Source: an uncultured Acidobacteriaceae bacterium (GTDB lineage: Bacteria > Acidobacteriota > Terriglobia > Terriglobales > Acidobacteriaceae). Taken from it: a stretch of 64,000 nucleotides of DNA. A model generated the notes under the pieces. The model was not told the DNA's origin, searched no databases, and saw only the letters and a program-made list of their open reading frames with translations. The stretch lies in NCBI GenBank assembly GCA_963792495.1, contig CAWBWB010000005.1, positions 273,747-337,746 on the forward strand, read 5' to 3'. Shown here piece by piece: positions 1 to 8,651 of the stretch; within the stretch, counting starts at the first letter, position 1, and every line of letters starts with the position of its first letter. The translations under genes and the position numbers were made by a program.

Positions 1-1
1 G

Positions 2-214
2 CCGGGTGTGGAGGTGTTTCACTCGGGGACGGTGCTGAAGGATGGGCAGATTGTGACTGCGGGCGGGCGCGTGCTGGCGGTTTCTGCTTTGGGCGAGAGC
101 CTGGAGGTGGCGCTGGAGCGGGCTTACCTGGCTATGGGAGAGATTGGGTTTGAGGGGATGTATTTCCGGCGGGATATTGGGCATCGGGCGGTGAATAAGA
201 GTGGGGATAGGTGA
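2..214 (+). CDS. purD: Phosphoribosylamine--glycine ligase, C-terminal end (gene runs off the window's 5' edge)
   Basis: VFHSGT...VTAGGRVLAVSA...YFRRDIG is the GARS C-domain signature; stop TGA at 212-214. Confidence 0.93.
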   Translation, partial: PGVEVFHSGTVLKDGQIVTAGGRVLAVSALGESLEVALERAYLAMGEIGFEGMYFRRDIGHRAVNKSGDR

Positions 215-263
215 TGGGTGTCCGGTTATTCTTGCGAAAGTGGGATGTGGGGCGCATGGGAAA

Positions 264-795
264 GCAAAAGCGGGTCCTTCCCCCCTTCTCCACCCCAGCG
301 ACGAAGACCTGTCGCCGGGGACCCCGGGCTGAAAAGCGCCTACGGTCAGGATGACGGGTCTGCTCAGAGATTTAGATTGGCCATCCCACCCATGCGCGGT
401 ACTGCTGCGCATGGATGGGGCACAGCGTTTTTTGTGGGGGTGCCTGCGAAAAACAAAGACTAACGGCAAAAGCGGGTCCTTCTCTCCGGCTGAAAGACGC
501 CTATGGTCAGGATGACGGGTCTGCTCAGAGATTTAGATTGGTTATCCCACCCATGCGCGGTACTGCTGCGCATGGGTGGGGCACAGCGTTTTTTGTGGGG
601 GTGCCTGCGAAAAACAAAGACTAACGGCAAAAGCGGGTCCTTCCCTCCGGCTGAAAAGCGCCTACGGTCAGGATGACGGGCTTTTTGTGGGGGTACCCGC
701 ATCTTGGTTGTGCTGGCGAAAGGCAAGAACAAGGCTGCTATCGAGGCTCTGGTTATCCCACCCATGCGCGATAGTGCTGCGCATGGATGGGGCAC
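264..795. repeat. BIME-like array of alternating REP palindromes with 161-bp tandem units
   Basis: Units start at 327, 488 and 649 (GGCTGAAA..GCCTA.GGTCAGGATGACGG). Palindrome ATCCCACCCATGCGC..GCGCATGG(A/G)TGGGGCAC at 383-423, 544-584, 755-795. Confidence 0.9.
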
Positions 796-855
796 CCTTT
801 GTGGTGGTTGTGCGGGCGAAAAGCAACGGCAAGAACAACCGCTGAGGCGCTGGGG

Positions 856-1137
856 TCAGGCGCGGACGCTTTGGAAACATGATCGGCAGAGTACCGGACG
901 GCCCTGCGTGGGACGGAAGGGTACGGTTGTCTCCATGCCGCACTGGGAGCAACTGGTTCGGGTTTCAGAGCGCACGCGGCCGTTGCCGTTACCCCGTTTG
1001 GATTTGCATGGTTTGCAGCGTTTGGGGTCGTTCTGAAACTGCTTGTCGTGAAAAAAGAGCTGTTCGCCGGCTGTAAAGACGAAATCTGCTCCGCAATCTC
1101 CACACTTTAGTATTCGATCCGTATATTCCATGGCCAC
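856..1137 (-). CDS. Zinc-ribbon protein (zf-trcl plus CxxC-x17-CxxC domain)
   Basis: CGDC..FVFTAGEQLFF..KQF.N.PKRCKPC followed by CSQC-x17-CRSC. Confidence 0.88.
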   Translation of the reverse strand: MAMEYTDRILKCGDCGADFVFTAGEQLFFHDKQFQNDPKRCKPCKSKRGNGNGRVRSETRTSCSQCGMETTVPFRPTQGRPVLCRSCFQSVRA

Positions 1138-1212
1138 TGTCCCGTACGCAGGGAAATCACAGTGACTCGGCCATTCGCACGCGCGGGCCGGTTCCGTTTC
1201 CCTGTCTTTTTT

Positions 1213-1386
1213 GTTTACATCTGGATTGCAACGGGCATTCTCAGGGAAGGGATGGCTCTAAAAGGCCGCTGACGGGGTTGGCAGTCCACAGAATTCCTGA
1301 CGGGCGATTGAGTCGCCTGCGGTGAATCGGGGACGGCACCCATACAGCTTGGCCGCTTTAGATGACAGCTTCTCCAGAGATGCAAC
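1213..1386. ncRNA. Candidate structured RNA (long imperfect rod); identity and strand uncertain
   Basis: Ends pair (1213-1225 with ~1373-1386); 1257-1271 pairs with 1345-1362; apical hairpin 1303-1317; no credible CDS in this interval. Confidence 0.4.
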
Positions 1387-1610
1387 GAGGGCCCGGCCGC
1401 AAAAGAAAGAGCGGCTAAAAGATGGTCTTCCTTACGGAAGACTGAAGCCAGCGGAACGGGATCCGCTGTTCGGAGGTGAGTGCTGCAGGTGTTACGCGCT
1501 ACATTTCTCTGCCGCAGATTTTTCACGCGGAATCGCGCGGCAGTGGAAATTCAAAGCCTGGTACGTGCAGATTGCAATCTGGGATACGGGAAAGTGGTGC
1601 AATGTTGCTG

Positions 1611-1657
1611 CGCCGCCGGAGTGAGCTGGAGGGGGATTCCATGCTCCTCCGGCGGCG
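1611..1657 (-). terminator. Strong GC-rich hairpin just downstream of rpsU (terminator or mRNA stabiliser)
   Basis: CGCCGCCGGAG 1611-1621 pairs with CTCCGGCGGCG 1647-1657, plus inner GAGC/GCTC and TGGA/TCCA; no clear U-tract. Confidence 0.45.
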
Positions 1658-1666
1658 ATATTTATG

Positions 1667-1864
1667 TTAGTCCTGCTCTTTACGGGCCTTTTTGCGATTG
1701 CGCTTGCGGGCCAATGCGGCCTTGACGCGCTTCTTTTCGCCCGGCTTGAGGTAGTAGGAGTGACGCTTTACTTCCTTGATGATGTCTTCCTGCTGAACCT
1801 TACGCTTGAAACGGCGCAGCGCGTTTTCTAACGGCTCGCCTTCTTGTACACGAACTTCTGCCAA
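1667..1864 (-). CDS. rpsU: 30S ribosomal protein S21
   Basis: EPLENALRRFKRKV....IIKEVKRHSYYLKPGEKKR; TTG start at 1864 preceded by GGAGGT Shine-Dalgarno. Confidence 0.97.
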   Translation of the reverse strand: MAEVRVQEGEPLENALRRFKRKVQQEDIIKEVKRHSYYLKPGEKKRVKAALARKRNRKKARKEQD

Positions 1865-2036
1865 AGTAATCACACCTCCAAACCTGCCAAAGGGCAACCT
1901 TTATGATACCGGATTTTTGTTCGATTGGGTACATAGTTTGACTGGCGGACAGAAGGCGAAGAAAAGGTACAATCGAACCAGTTTTTTCTGCCCGGGAAAC
2001 TTCTGCATGGATTTTGCAAGAGAAAGGTCTGTTTTT

Positions 2037-4187
2037 ATGCGTATGCGCGTCGTGTTGTCGTGTGTTTTGGTATTTGGGGCTTTGCTGCCGGTGGGGGGTG
2101 GGCGGGTTGTGGCGCAGGAGACTGCGCCTGCGGCCAGCGTGCCGGGCGACTACAGGGATGTGACTGATCCGGACAACATTCAGACCTTTTATGTGCAGGA
2201 TGGCGCGCTGATGATGGAGTCAGACCGCGGTGTGCCCGAGAAGCTGAAGGCGATTTCCGCGAGCGAGTTTGGGATGGAGAAAGAGAAGTACCGGTTCCGC
2301 TTTGCGGGGAGCGGGGCGGATGCGACGCTGACGATTCTGGATGAGAAGGGCGAGCCGGCGCAGAGCTTCAAGCGGGTGGGCGATGCTACGCATCGGGTGT
2401 TCCATGACTATCAGCGCTCGGAGGCGATGATTCCGGCGCGCGATGGCGTGAAGCTGCACGTGGTGGTTCTGAAGCCTGCGGATATTACGACGCCGCTGCC
2501 GTTTTTGATTCAGCGGACGCCTTATGGATGCGATGAGACGAACCGGGCTTCGTTTCACGGCGGGCGGCCGGAGCTGGCGCGCGAGGGCTACATCTATGTG
2601 TGCGGCGATATTCGCGGGCGGTATAAGAGCGAAGGCACGTTTGTGATGAGCCGGCCGATGGTGGCGGATCATAAAGACCCGAAGAGTATTGACGAGAGCA
2701 CGGACACCTACGACACCATTGCGTGGCTGCTCAAAAATGTGCAGGGCAACAATGGGCGCGCGGGATTTGTGGGCACGAGCTATCCCGGATTTCTGGCGAT
2801 GGCGGCGGGGATTGATCCGCACCCGGCGGTGAAGGCGATTTCTCCGCAGGCTCCGATGATTGATGTTTGGATGGGCGATGATTTCTTTCATAACGGCGCG
2901 TTCCGGCAGACGTATGGGTATGACTACGGGCTGATGATGGAGTCGAGCAAGGAGAATACCGAGGTCAGCTACGGGAAGGATGCGGCGGGGAAGCCTCGGG
3001 ATGGGTTTGATTATTTTCTGGAGCGCGGGAGCTTTGAGCAGGATGTGAAGCAGTCCGGATCGCCGGTGCTGCCGACGTGGAAACTGTTCCTGGAGCACCC
3101 GGCGTATGAGTCGTATTGGAAGAGCCGCGGCGTGGAGTATTGGCTGACGAAGGTGACGGTGCCGACGCTGAGTGTGGGCGGTTATTACGACCAGGAAGAT
3201 ATGTGGGGACCGCAAGAGGAGTACTCGACGCTGGAGCCCCATGACGAGAAGCAGGAGAATTTTCTGGTGCTGGGGCCGTGGCGGCATGGCTCGTGGGCTT
3301 CGACGACGCGGCACCTGGGCAATGTGCAGTATGGCGAGCCGATTGGGCAGGAGTTTCGGCGGCAGATTGAGGCGAAGTTCTTTGCGCATTATCTGAAGGA
3401 TGCTTCAGGTTTTGATCTGGAGGATACGGCCAGCTTTCAGACGGGATCGAATACGTGGAAGCGGTATAAGCATTTTCCTCCGGAAGAGGCGCAGGTGACG
3501 GCGCTGCATTTGCGCGGAGACGGCAAGGCAAGCTGGGGCGATGTGAAGACGGCTGAGAAGACGAGCTATACGAGCGATCCTGCGAACCCGGTGCCGTACC
3601 GGCACAGGCCGATTCAGCCTACGTATGGCGAGGGTTCGCAGTGGTACAACTGGATGACCGAAGACCAGCGCTTTGTGACGGACCGCAAGGATGTGGCGGT
3701 TTGGAAGCTGCCCGTGCTGAAGAAGGACATGGTGGTTACGGGCGAGGTGCTGGCGGATCTCTTTGCTTCGACTACGGGTACGGATGGGGACTTTGTGGTG
3801 AAGCTGATCGACCAGTTTCCCGAGGACGATGCGGATGCGAAGATGCGCGGCTACCAGTTGATGACGAATATGGAGATTTATCGCGGGCGGTATCTGGATG
3901 GGTTCGACAAGCCGCGGGCGATCAAGGCTGGGGCTGTGCGAGAGTACAAGTTCAGCCTGCATGATGTGGATCATGTGTTCAAGGCGGGGCATACGGTTGT
4001 GGTGGAGGTGCAGAGCACGTGGTTTCCGCTGTATGACCGGAATCCGCAGACGTATGTGGCGAATATCATGACAGCCAAGCCGTCGGATTACAAGCCGGCT
4101 ACGATTACTGTCTATTCGGATACGGAGCATGATTCGAATTTGCAGGTGCCGCTGATGAATCAGTGCGATGTGGTGGATTGCTTTTAG
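2037..4187 (+). CDS. Exported CocE/NonD-family serine hydrolase (alpha-amino acid ester hydrolase / glutaryl-7-ACA acylase-like)
   Basis: Signal peptide; IPARDGVKL, RTPY, DIRGRYKSEG, nucleophile GTSYPG, GPWRHG, QSTWFPLYDRNPQ. Confidence 0.9.
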   Translation: MRMRVVLSCVLVFGALLPVGGGRVVAQETAPAASVPGDYRDVTDPDNIQTFYVQDGALMMESDRGVPEKLKAISASEFGMEKEKYRFRFAGSGADATLTILDEKGEPAQSFKRVGDATHRVFHDYQRSEAMIPARDGVKLHVVVLKPADITTPLPFLIQRTPYGCDETNRASFHGGRPELAREGYIYVCGDIRGRYKSEGTFVMSRPMVADHKDPKSIDESTDTYDTIAWLLKNVQGNNGRAGFVGTSYPGFLAMAAGIDPHPAVKAISPQAPMIDVWMGDDFFHNGAFRQTYGYDYGLMMESSKENTEVSYGKDAAGKPRDGFDYFLERGSFEQDVKQSGSPVLPTWKLFLEHPAYESYWKSRGVEYWLTKVTVPTLSVGGYYDQEDMWGPQEEYSTLEPHDEKQENFLVLGPWRHGSWASTTRHLGNVQYGEPIGQEFRRQIEAKFFAHYLKDASGFDLEDTASFQTGSNTWKRYKHFPPEEAQVTALHLRGDGKASWGDVKTAEKTSYTSDPANPVPYRHRPIQPTYGEGSQWYNWMTEDQRFVTDRKDVAVWKLPVLKKDMVVTGEVLADLFASTTGTDGDFVVKLIDQFPEDDADAKMRGYQLMTNMEIYRGRYLDGFDKPRAIKAGAVREYKFSLHDVDHVFKAGHTVVVEVQSTWFPLYDRNPQTYVANIMTAKPSDYKPATITVYSDTEHDSNLQVPLMNQCDVVDCF

Positions 4188-4249
4188 CACACACAAGTAA
4201 TGCTGAAGTAATCTTGACGGAGAATAACCAGTTACACATACTCGCAAAA

Positions 4250-4456
4250 ATGGAATATCGAGTGTGTGTAACCGATGAAGTTGCGTGGCAAGTCGAGGAA
4301 AGGGCTAAATCCGTTGGACTATCTGTCGAGCAAGCGCTTGCAGCGTATCTTATGCGTATTGCCGAAAACACCGAGCCATTAGACAACGAATATCTGCCCG
4401 ACGGTACGTTGCGTCGCCGAACCCTTCGGCAGCAACTTTACCGTTTTGGTGGATAG
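4250..4456 (+). CDS. Small ribbon-helix-helix / antitoxin-like protein with no adjacent toxin
   Basis: MEYRVCVTDEVAWQVEERAKSVGLSVEQALAAYL has an RHH-like pattern; TTGACG-17bp-CATACT promoter at 4214-4242, 7 nt before ATG. Confidence 0.55.
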   Translation: MEYRVCVTDEVAWQVEERAKSVGLSVEQALAAYLMRIAENTEPLDNEYLPDGTLRRRTLRQQLYRFGG

Positions 4457-4613
4457 ATAAGAATCGCGGTAGAATAGATAACGTAGTGGCGTTGCATCAG
4501 CCCATCCCGGCGCTTCTCTAGCGGCTCCCGCCGCTATACTTCTTTGCGCCCTTTTTTCCTTCGAGACAATGTTTGAATTTGCGCCGCGATGATTTGCGGC
4601 TGAGGAGTACGTT

Positions 4614-5690
4614 ATGCAGGATCGTTTGGAGCAGATGGAGCAACGCTATACCGAGCTGCAATCGCAGTTCGCGTTGCCAGAGGTCTTGAACGACCACGAG
4701 CGGTATCAGAAGACTGCGAAGGCGATTCGCGAGCTGGAAGAGACGGTCGAGAAGTATCGCGAGCTGAAGCAGGCTAAGACCGGGCTGGCGGATGCGCAGG
4801 TAATGCTGGAGGAGACAGACGCCGATCTGCGCGCAATGGCGGAAGAAGAGATTGCCTCGCTGGAGCCGAAGGTGGTGGCGCTTGAGGAAGAGATCAAGGT
4901 GTTGCTGCTGCCGAAGGATCCGAATGACGAGAAGAACGTGATTCTGGAAATTCGCGCGGGCACGGGCGGCGATGAGGCTTCGCTGTTTTGCGCGGAGGTC
5001 TTCCGCATGTATACGCGCTTTGCCGAGCAGCACCGCTGGAAGGTGCAGGTGACGGACCTTTCCGAGAGCGGCGTGGGCGGTTACAAGGAAGTGATTGCGA
5101 TTATTGAAGGCGACCGCGTGTACTCGCAACTAAAGTATGAGAGCGGCGTGCACCGCGTGCAGCGTGTGCCGGCGACGGAGACGCAGGGGCGTGTGCATAC
5201 TTCGGCGATTACGGTGGCGGTGCTGCCGGAAGCGGAAGACGTGGACGTGAAGATTGAGGCGAAGGATATTCGCATTGATACGTTTTGTTCTTCGGGGCCG
5301 GGCGGGCAGAGTGTGAACACGACGTACTCCGCGGTGCGCATTACGCACCTGCCGACGAATACGGTGGTGAGCTGCCAGGATGAGAAGTCGCAGATCAAGA
5401 ATCGCGAGAAGGCGATGCGAGTGCTGCGTACGCGGCTGTATGAGGTGGAGCTGGAGCGGCAGAATGCGGAGCTGGCGGCGGCGCGTAAGTCGCAGGTGGG
5501 AAGCGGCGACAGGAGCGAGAAGATTCGCACGTATAACTTTCCTCAGAACCGGCTGACGGATCATCGCATTGGGCTGACGCTGCACCAGCTGGACCTGATT
5601 ATGGAAGGCAGGCTGCAGTCGATTGTGGATGCGCTGGTGGCGTATTACCAGGCGGAGCAGTTAAAGGCTGAGACGAGCCAGGCGGCTTGA
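4614..5690 (+). CDS. prfA: Peptide chain release factor 1
   Basis: GGQ motif ([10 protein letters not shown]), PAT anticodon-mimic tripeptide (RVQRVPATE), [11 protein letters not shown]. Confidence 0.98.
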   Translation: MQDRLEQMEQRYTELQSQFALPEVLNDHERYQKTAKAIRELEETVEKYRELKQAKTGLADAQVMLEETDADLRAMAEEEIASLEPKVVALEEEIKVLLLPKDPNDEKNVILEIRAGTGGDEASLFCAEVFRMYTRFAEQHRWKVQVTDLSESGVGGYKEVIAIIEGDRVYSQLKYESGVHRVQRVPATETQGRVHTSAITVAVLPEAEDVDVKIEAKDIRIDTFCSSGPGGQSVNTTYSAVRITHLPTNTVVSCQDEKSQIKNREKAMRVLRTRLYEVELERQNAELAAARKSQVGSGDRSEKIRTYNFPQNRLTDHRIGLTLHQLDLIMEGRLQSIVDALVAYYQAEQLKAETSQAA

Positions 5691-5693
5691 GCG

Positions 5694-6542
5694 ATGCCGA
5701 CGATTGCGCAGTTTCTGTCGCGGGCAACGGGCCAGTTGCAATCCGGCCCGCATGCTGAGCGGGCGCGTGCGGATGCGGAGACGCTGCTGCTGCATGTGCT
5801 GGAAGCGAATCGGGCGTGGCTGATCTCGCACGGCGAAGATGGGATTGGCGAAGAGAGCGCGAGCCGCTATACGGAACTGGTGGAGCGGCGCTTTCGCGGC
5901 GAGCCGATCCAGTACATTACAGGCGAGACGGAGTTTTACGGGCTGCCGTTTCGCGTGACGCCGGATGTGCTGATTCCGCGGCCTGAGACGGAACATCTTG
6001 TGGAGCAGGCCATTGCGGTGGCGCGCGAGTTTGCGGAGCCGCGCATTGTGGATGTGGGCGCGGGATCAGGCGCGATTGCCGTGGCGCTGGCTGTGCACCT
6101 GGCGGATGCGTGTGTTACATCGATCGATGTATCCGCGGATGCGCTTGCGGTTGCACGTGAGAATGCTGCGCGGAATGCTGTGAGCGAGCAGGTGCGGTTT
6201 CTTCACGGCGATCTGCTGGCGCCTGTGGCCGGCGAAGCATTCGACCTGGTGGTATCGAATCCGCCGTATGTGCCGGAGAGGGATCGCGAATCGCTGAGCG
6301 TGGAGGTGCGCGAGTATGAGCCGCCACAAGCGCTCTTTGCCGGCGAAGATGGACTGGATGTGTATCGACGGCTGATTCCGGCTGGGTACGCGGCGTTGGC
6401 GCCGGGCGGATACATGCTGCTCGAGATTGGTTATGGGCAGGCGGAGGGTCTGCGGGCGCTGCTGGGCGGGAGCGGATTTAAGGAGATTGATTTTGTGCCG
6501 GATCTGCAGGGGATTGCGCGGGTGGTTTGTGGGCGGCGGTGA
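5694..6542 (+). CDS. prmC: Release factor glutamine methyltransferase
   Basis: EPIQYITG, VLIPRPETE, DVGAGSG, NPPY; immediately follows prfA. Confidence 0.97.
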   Translation: MPTIAQFLSRATGQLQSGPHAERARADAETLLLHVLEANRAWLISHGEDGIGEESASRYTELVERRFRGEPIQYITGETEFYGLPFRVTPDVLIPRPETEHLVEQAIAVAREFAEPRIVDVGAGSGAIAVALAVHLADACVTSIDVSADALAVARENAARNAVSEQVRFLHGDLLAPVAGEAFDLVVSNPPYVPERDRESLSVEVREYEPPQALFAGEDGLDVYRRLIPAGYAALAPGGYMLLEIGYGQAEGLRALLGGSGFKEIDFVPDLQGIARVVCGRR

Positions 6543-6570
6543 AAGGATTTCGATCCGTTGGTGCGATTCG

Positions 6571-6723
6571 CTAAACGTGTAGCTCGGGAAGGTCTAAATC
6601 AAGACCCTGCTCAAGGCCTGCAAGCCAGGAATCCACTTCTTCTTCATCCAGATGCAGTCCTGTGGTCTGATAGCGCTCCCAGTCCATGTTTAGTTCATTG
6701 CGGAATTGAACTGTCATTTCCAT
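6571..6723 (-). pseudogene. 50-aa ORF (below ORF-track cutoff): C-terminal half of a CopG-family RelE/ParE-partner antitoxin
   Basis: Manual translation MEMTVQFRNELNMDWERYQTTGLHLDEEEVDSWLAGLEQGLDLDLPELHV*; W..YQ.TGLHL...EVD.WL motif; no RHH domain and no toxin downstream. Confidence 0.7.
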
Positions 6724-6796
6724 GTTCGAACTCTAACACTCCCGGCGGTTGAGTAAAATAGCTGTTGGTAACAAGCAATTTGCGAGGAAAGAATTT

Positions 6797-7384
6797 ATGG
6801 CAGTCTCAGCGATGGCCGGTATTCCGGCGCTTAAGGATCTCTCGGCGGATGTGAAGCGCCGCATGGACCAGGCGGTAACGGGCTTTCAGACGAACCTTGG
6901 TTCGATACGCACGGGTCGCGCCAGTGCGCACATGCTGGACCAGGTGAAGATTGATTACTATGGCACGCCGACGCCGGTGAGCCAGATGGCGCAGGTTTCT
7001 ACGCCTGAGGCGCAGCTGATCGTGATTCAGCCTTATGATCCGAGCGTGGTGAAGGAGATCGAGAAGGCATTGCAGACTTCCGATCTTGGCTTGAATCCGC
7101 AGTCCGATGGCAAGATCATCCGCGTGCCGATTCCTCCCATGACGGAAGAGCGGCGGCGCGATGTGGTGAAGCACCTGAACAAGGTGCTTGAAGACCAGCG
7201 CACGGCTGTGCGGAATGTTCGCCGCGATGGCAATGACACGCTGAAGAAGCTGGCGAAGGATAAGAAGATCAGCGAGGACGAGGAAAAGCGCGCGCTGGAA
7301 GAAATTCAGAAGATGACGGATGAAGAGATCAAGCGCATGGAAGAGATGGCCAAGCGCAAAGAGGCTGAAGTGATGCAGGTTTGA
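6797..7384 (+). CDS. frr: Ribosome recycling factor
   Basis: IRTGRAS..LD.V..DYYG.PTP, IRVPIPPMTEERRR, RNVRRD. Confidence 0.97.
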   Translation: MAVSAMAGIPALKDLSADVKRRMDQAVTGFQTNLGSIRTGRASAHMLDQVKIDYYGTPTPVSQMAQVSTPEAQLIVIQPYDPSVVKEIEKALQTSDLGLNPQSDGKIIRVPIPPMTEERRRDVVKHLNKVLEDQRTAVRNVRRDGNDTLKKLAKDKKISEDEEKRALEEIQKMTDEEIKRMEEMAKRKEAEVMQV

Positions 7385-7480
7385 GGCATTGCATGCAGCG
7401 GCTGCGGCCTGATGGCCGCGCTGCGGCTTTTGTGGCGCTCCCGTTGGTCGCGGTCTGTACTTCAGGCTGGAGATAAAGCG

Positions 7481-7678
7481 ATGGAAGCTGAGCTTATCTT
7501 TGAAATTGTGCAGGAGGCTGACGGTGGTTTCACTGCTGAGGCTCTTGGTGAGAGCATCTTTACGCAAGCCGATACGGTGGATGAGTTGAAGGCCAACGTG
7601 CGAGAGGCTGTGCAGGCTTTCTATTTTGATTCTGTGCCACCTGCGTCGATTCGATTTCAGCTCGAAGCATTCGCGTAA
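7481..7678 (+). CDS. HicB-like antitoxin-fold small protein, probably C-terminally truncated orphan
   Basis: ELIFEIVQEADGGFTAEALGESIFTQADTVDELKANVREAV; no hicA nearby. Confidence 0.65.
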   Translation: MEAELIFEIVQEADGGFTAEALGESIFTQADTVDELKANVREAVQAFYFDSVPPASIRFQLEAFA

Positions 7679-7708
7679 TTCTGACTTCGAAGTGCATACG
7701 AGGCGACC

Positions 7709-8251
7709 ATGGAGCACAATCTTGATCATGCAGTAGCTTTGTTGTCGCGTACGCCTGCGGCGTTGAATACTTTGCTGCGGGATTTGCCTTCGGCCTGGAC
7801 TGAAAGCAATGAGGGTGACGGTACGTGGAGTGCGCGGGAGGTGATTGCGCATCTGATTCACTGCGAGCATACGAACTGGGTGCCGCGAGCGAAGCGGATT
7901 CTGGAGTCGGGTGAGAGCAAGCCGTTTGACTCGCTGAATCGTGAGGCGCATCTCAAGGAGAATCCTGATACGCCGCTGCCGGAGTTGCTGGATGAGTTTG
8001 CCCGGCTGCGTGCGGCGAATCTTGAGGAGTTAAGAGCGCTTCAGATTGGGCCGCACGAGCTTGCGTTGAAGGGAAAACATCCCGCGCTGGGCTCGCTTAC
8101 GCTGGCGGAGCTGCTTTCAGCATGGACCGTGCATGACATGACGCACCTGCATCAGATTTCGCGGATTCTTGCGCATCAGTATCGCGAGGCGGCGGGGCCG
8201 TTTGCGCGATACCTCGGCGTGTTGAAGTGCGATGGGCACAGCGGATCGTGA
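7709..8251 (+). CDS. DinB-family protein
   Basis: WSAREVIAHL and HDMTHLHQI metal-binding His pattern. Confidence 0.85.
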   Translation: MEHNLDHAVALLSRTPAALNTLLRDLPSAWTESNEGDGTWSAREVIAHLIHCEHTNWVPRAKRILESGESKPFDSLNREAHLKENPDTPLPELLDEFARLRAANLEELRALQIGPHELALKGKHPALGSLTLAELLSAWTVHDMTHLHQISRILAHQYREAAGPFARYLGVLKCDGHSGS

Positions 8252-8279
8252 GCGCTTGGTGAAAGCTGAAAGCCATCAA

Positions 8280-8624
8280 CCTCAGGGCTAAAGCCCAGAT
8301 GCTTTTTGCTTGTCTTCCGGCACGACTCAACAGTTTGCTGAAAAAGTCAGTGTTTGCATTCGGAAGCCGCAAAACCATCCCTCAGCGGCTAAAGCCGCGT
8401 TTTATTTGCGGCATTTATGGCACGACTGAAGTCGTGCCCTTTCAAAGCTAAAACGGCGCGTGTTCGAAACCTGAGATTCGGTTTTGAATTTCTCAAGACA
8501 GAAAACCAGCCCTCAGCGGCTAAAGCCGCGTTTTCTTTGCGGCATTTATGGCACGACTGAAGTCGTGCCCTTTCAAAACATCGAGTTTTTCAGCAAGCTG
8601 TGAAGTCGTGCCCTGTTACAAAAC
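8280..8624. repeat. REP unit (CCTCAG.GGCTAAAGCC...GGCACGACT-GA-AGTCGTGCCC) split by an internal insertion
   Basis: Left half ends GGCACGACT at 8319-8327; right half resumes AAGTCGTGCCC at 8603; intact copies at 8371-8446 and 8502-8577. Confidence 0.8.
8330..8601. mobile_element. MITE-like element (~272 bp, no transposase) carrying two REP units
   Basis: Terminal inverted repeats ACAGTTTGCTGAAAAA (8330-8345) and TTTTTCAGCAAGCTGT (8586-8601), 15/16 match. Confidence 0.7.
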
Positions 8625-8651
8625 GCCGGGTGGTGGTTCGTCAGACTCTGC

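Noticed and set aside
327-680. CRISPR array
   Set aside because: Units are 161 bp with near-identical intervening sequence, no unique spacers, no cas genes
218-845. Small ORFs in the ORF track (218-463, 415-624, 460-795, 576-845)
   Set aside because: Translations of REP repeats, with repeated peptide text and no SD or family signal
1213-1386. c-di-AMP (ydaO), fluoride or cobalamin riboswitch; SRP RNA; tmRNA
   Set aside because: Partial ydaO-like words (GGTGAATC, AACCCCGTCAGC) fall on opposite strands; diagnostic motifs of the others are absent
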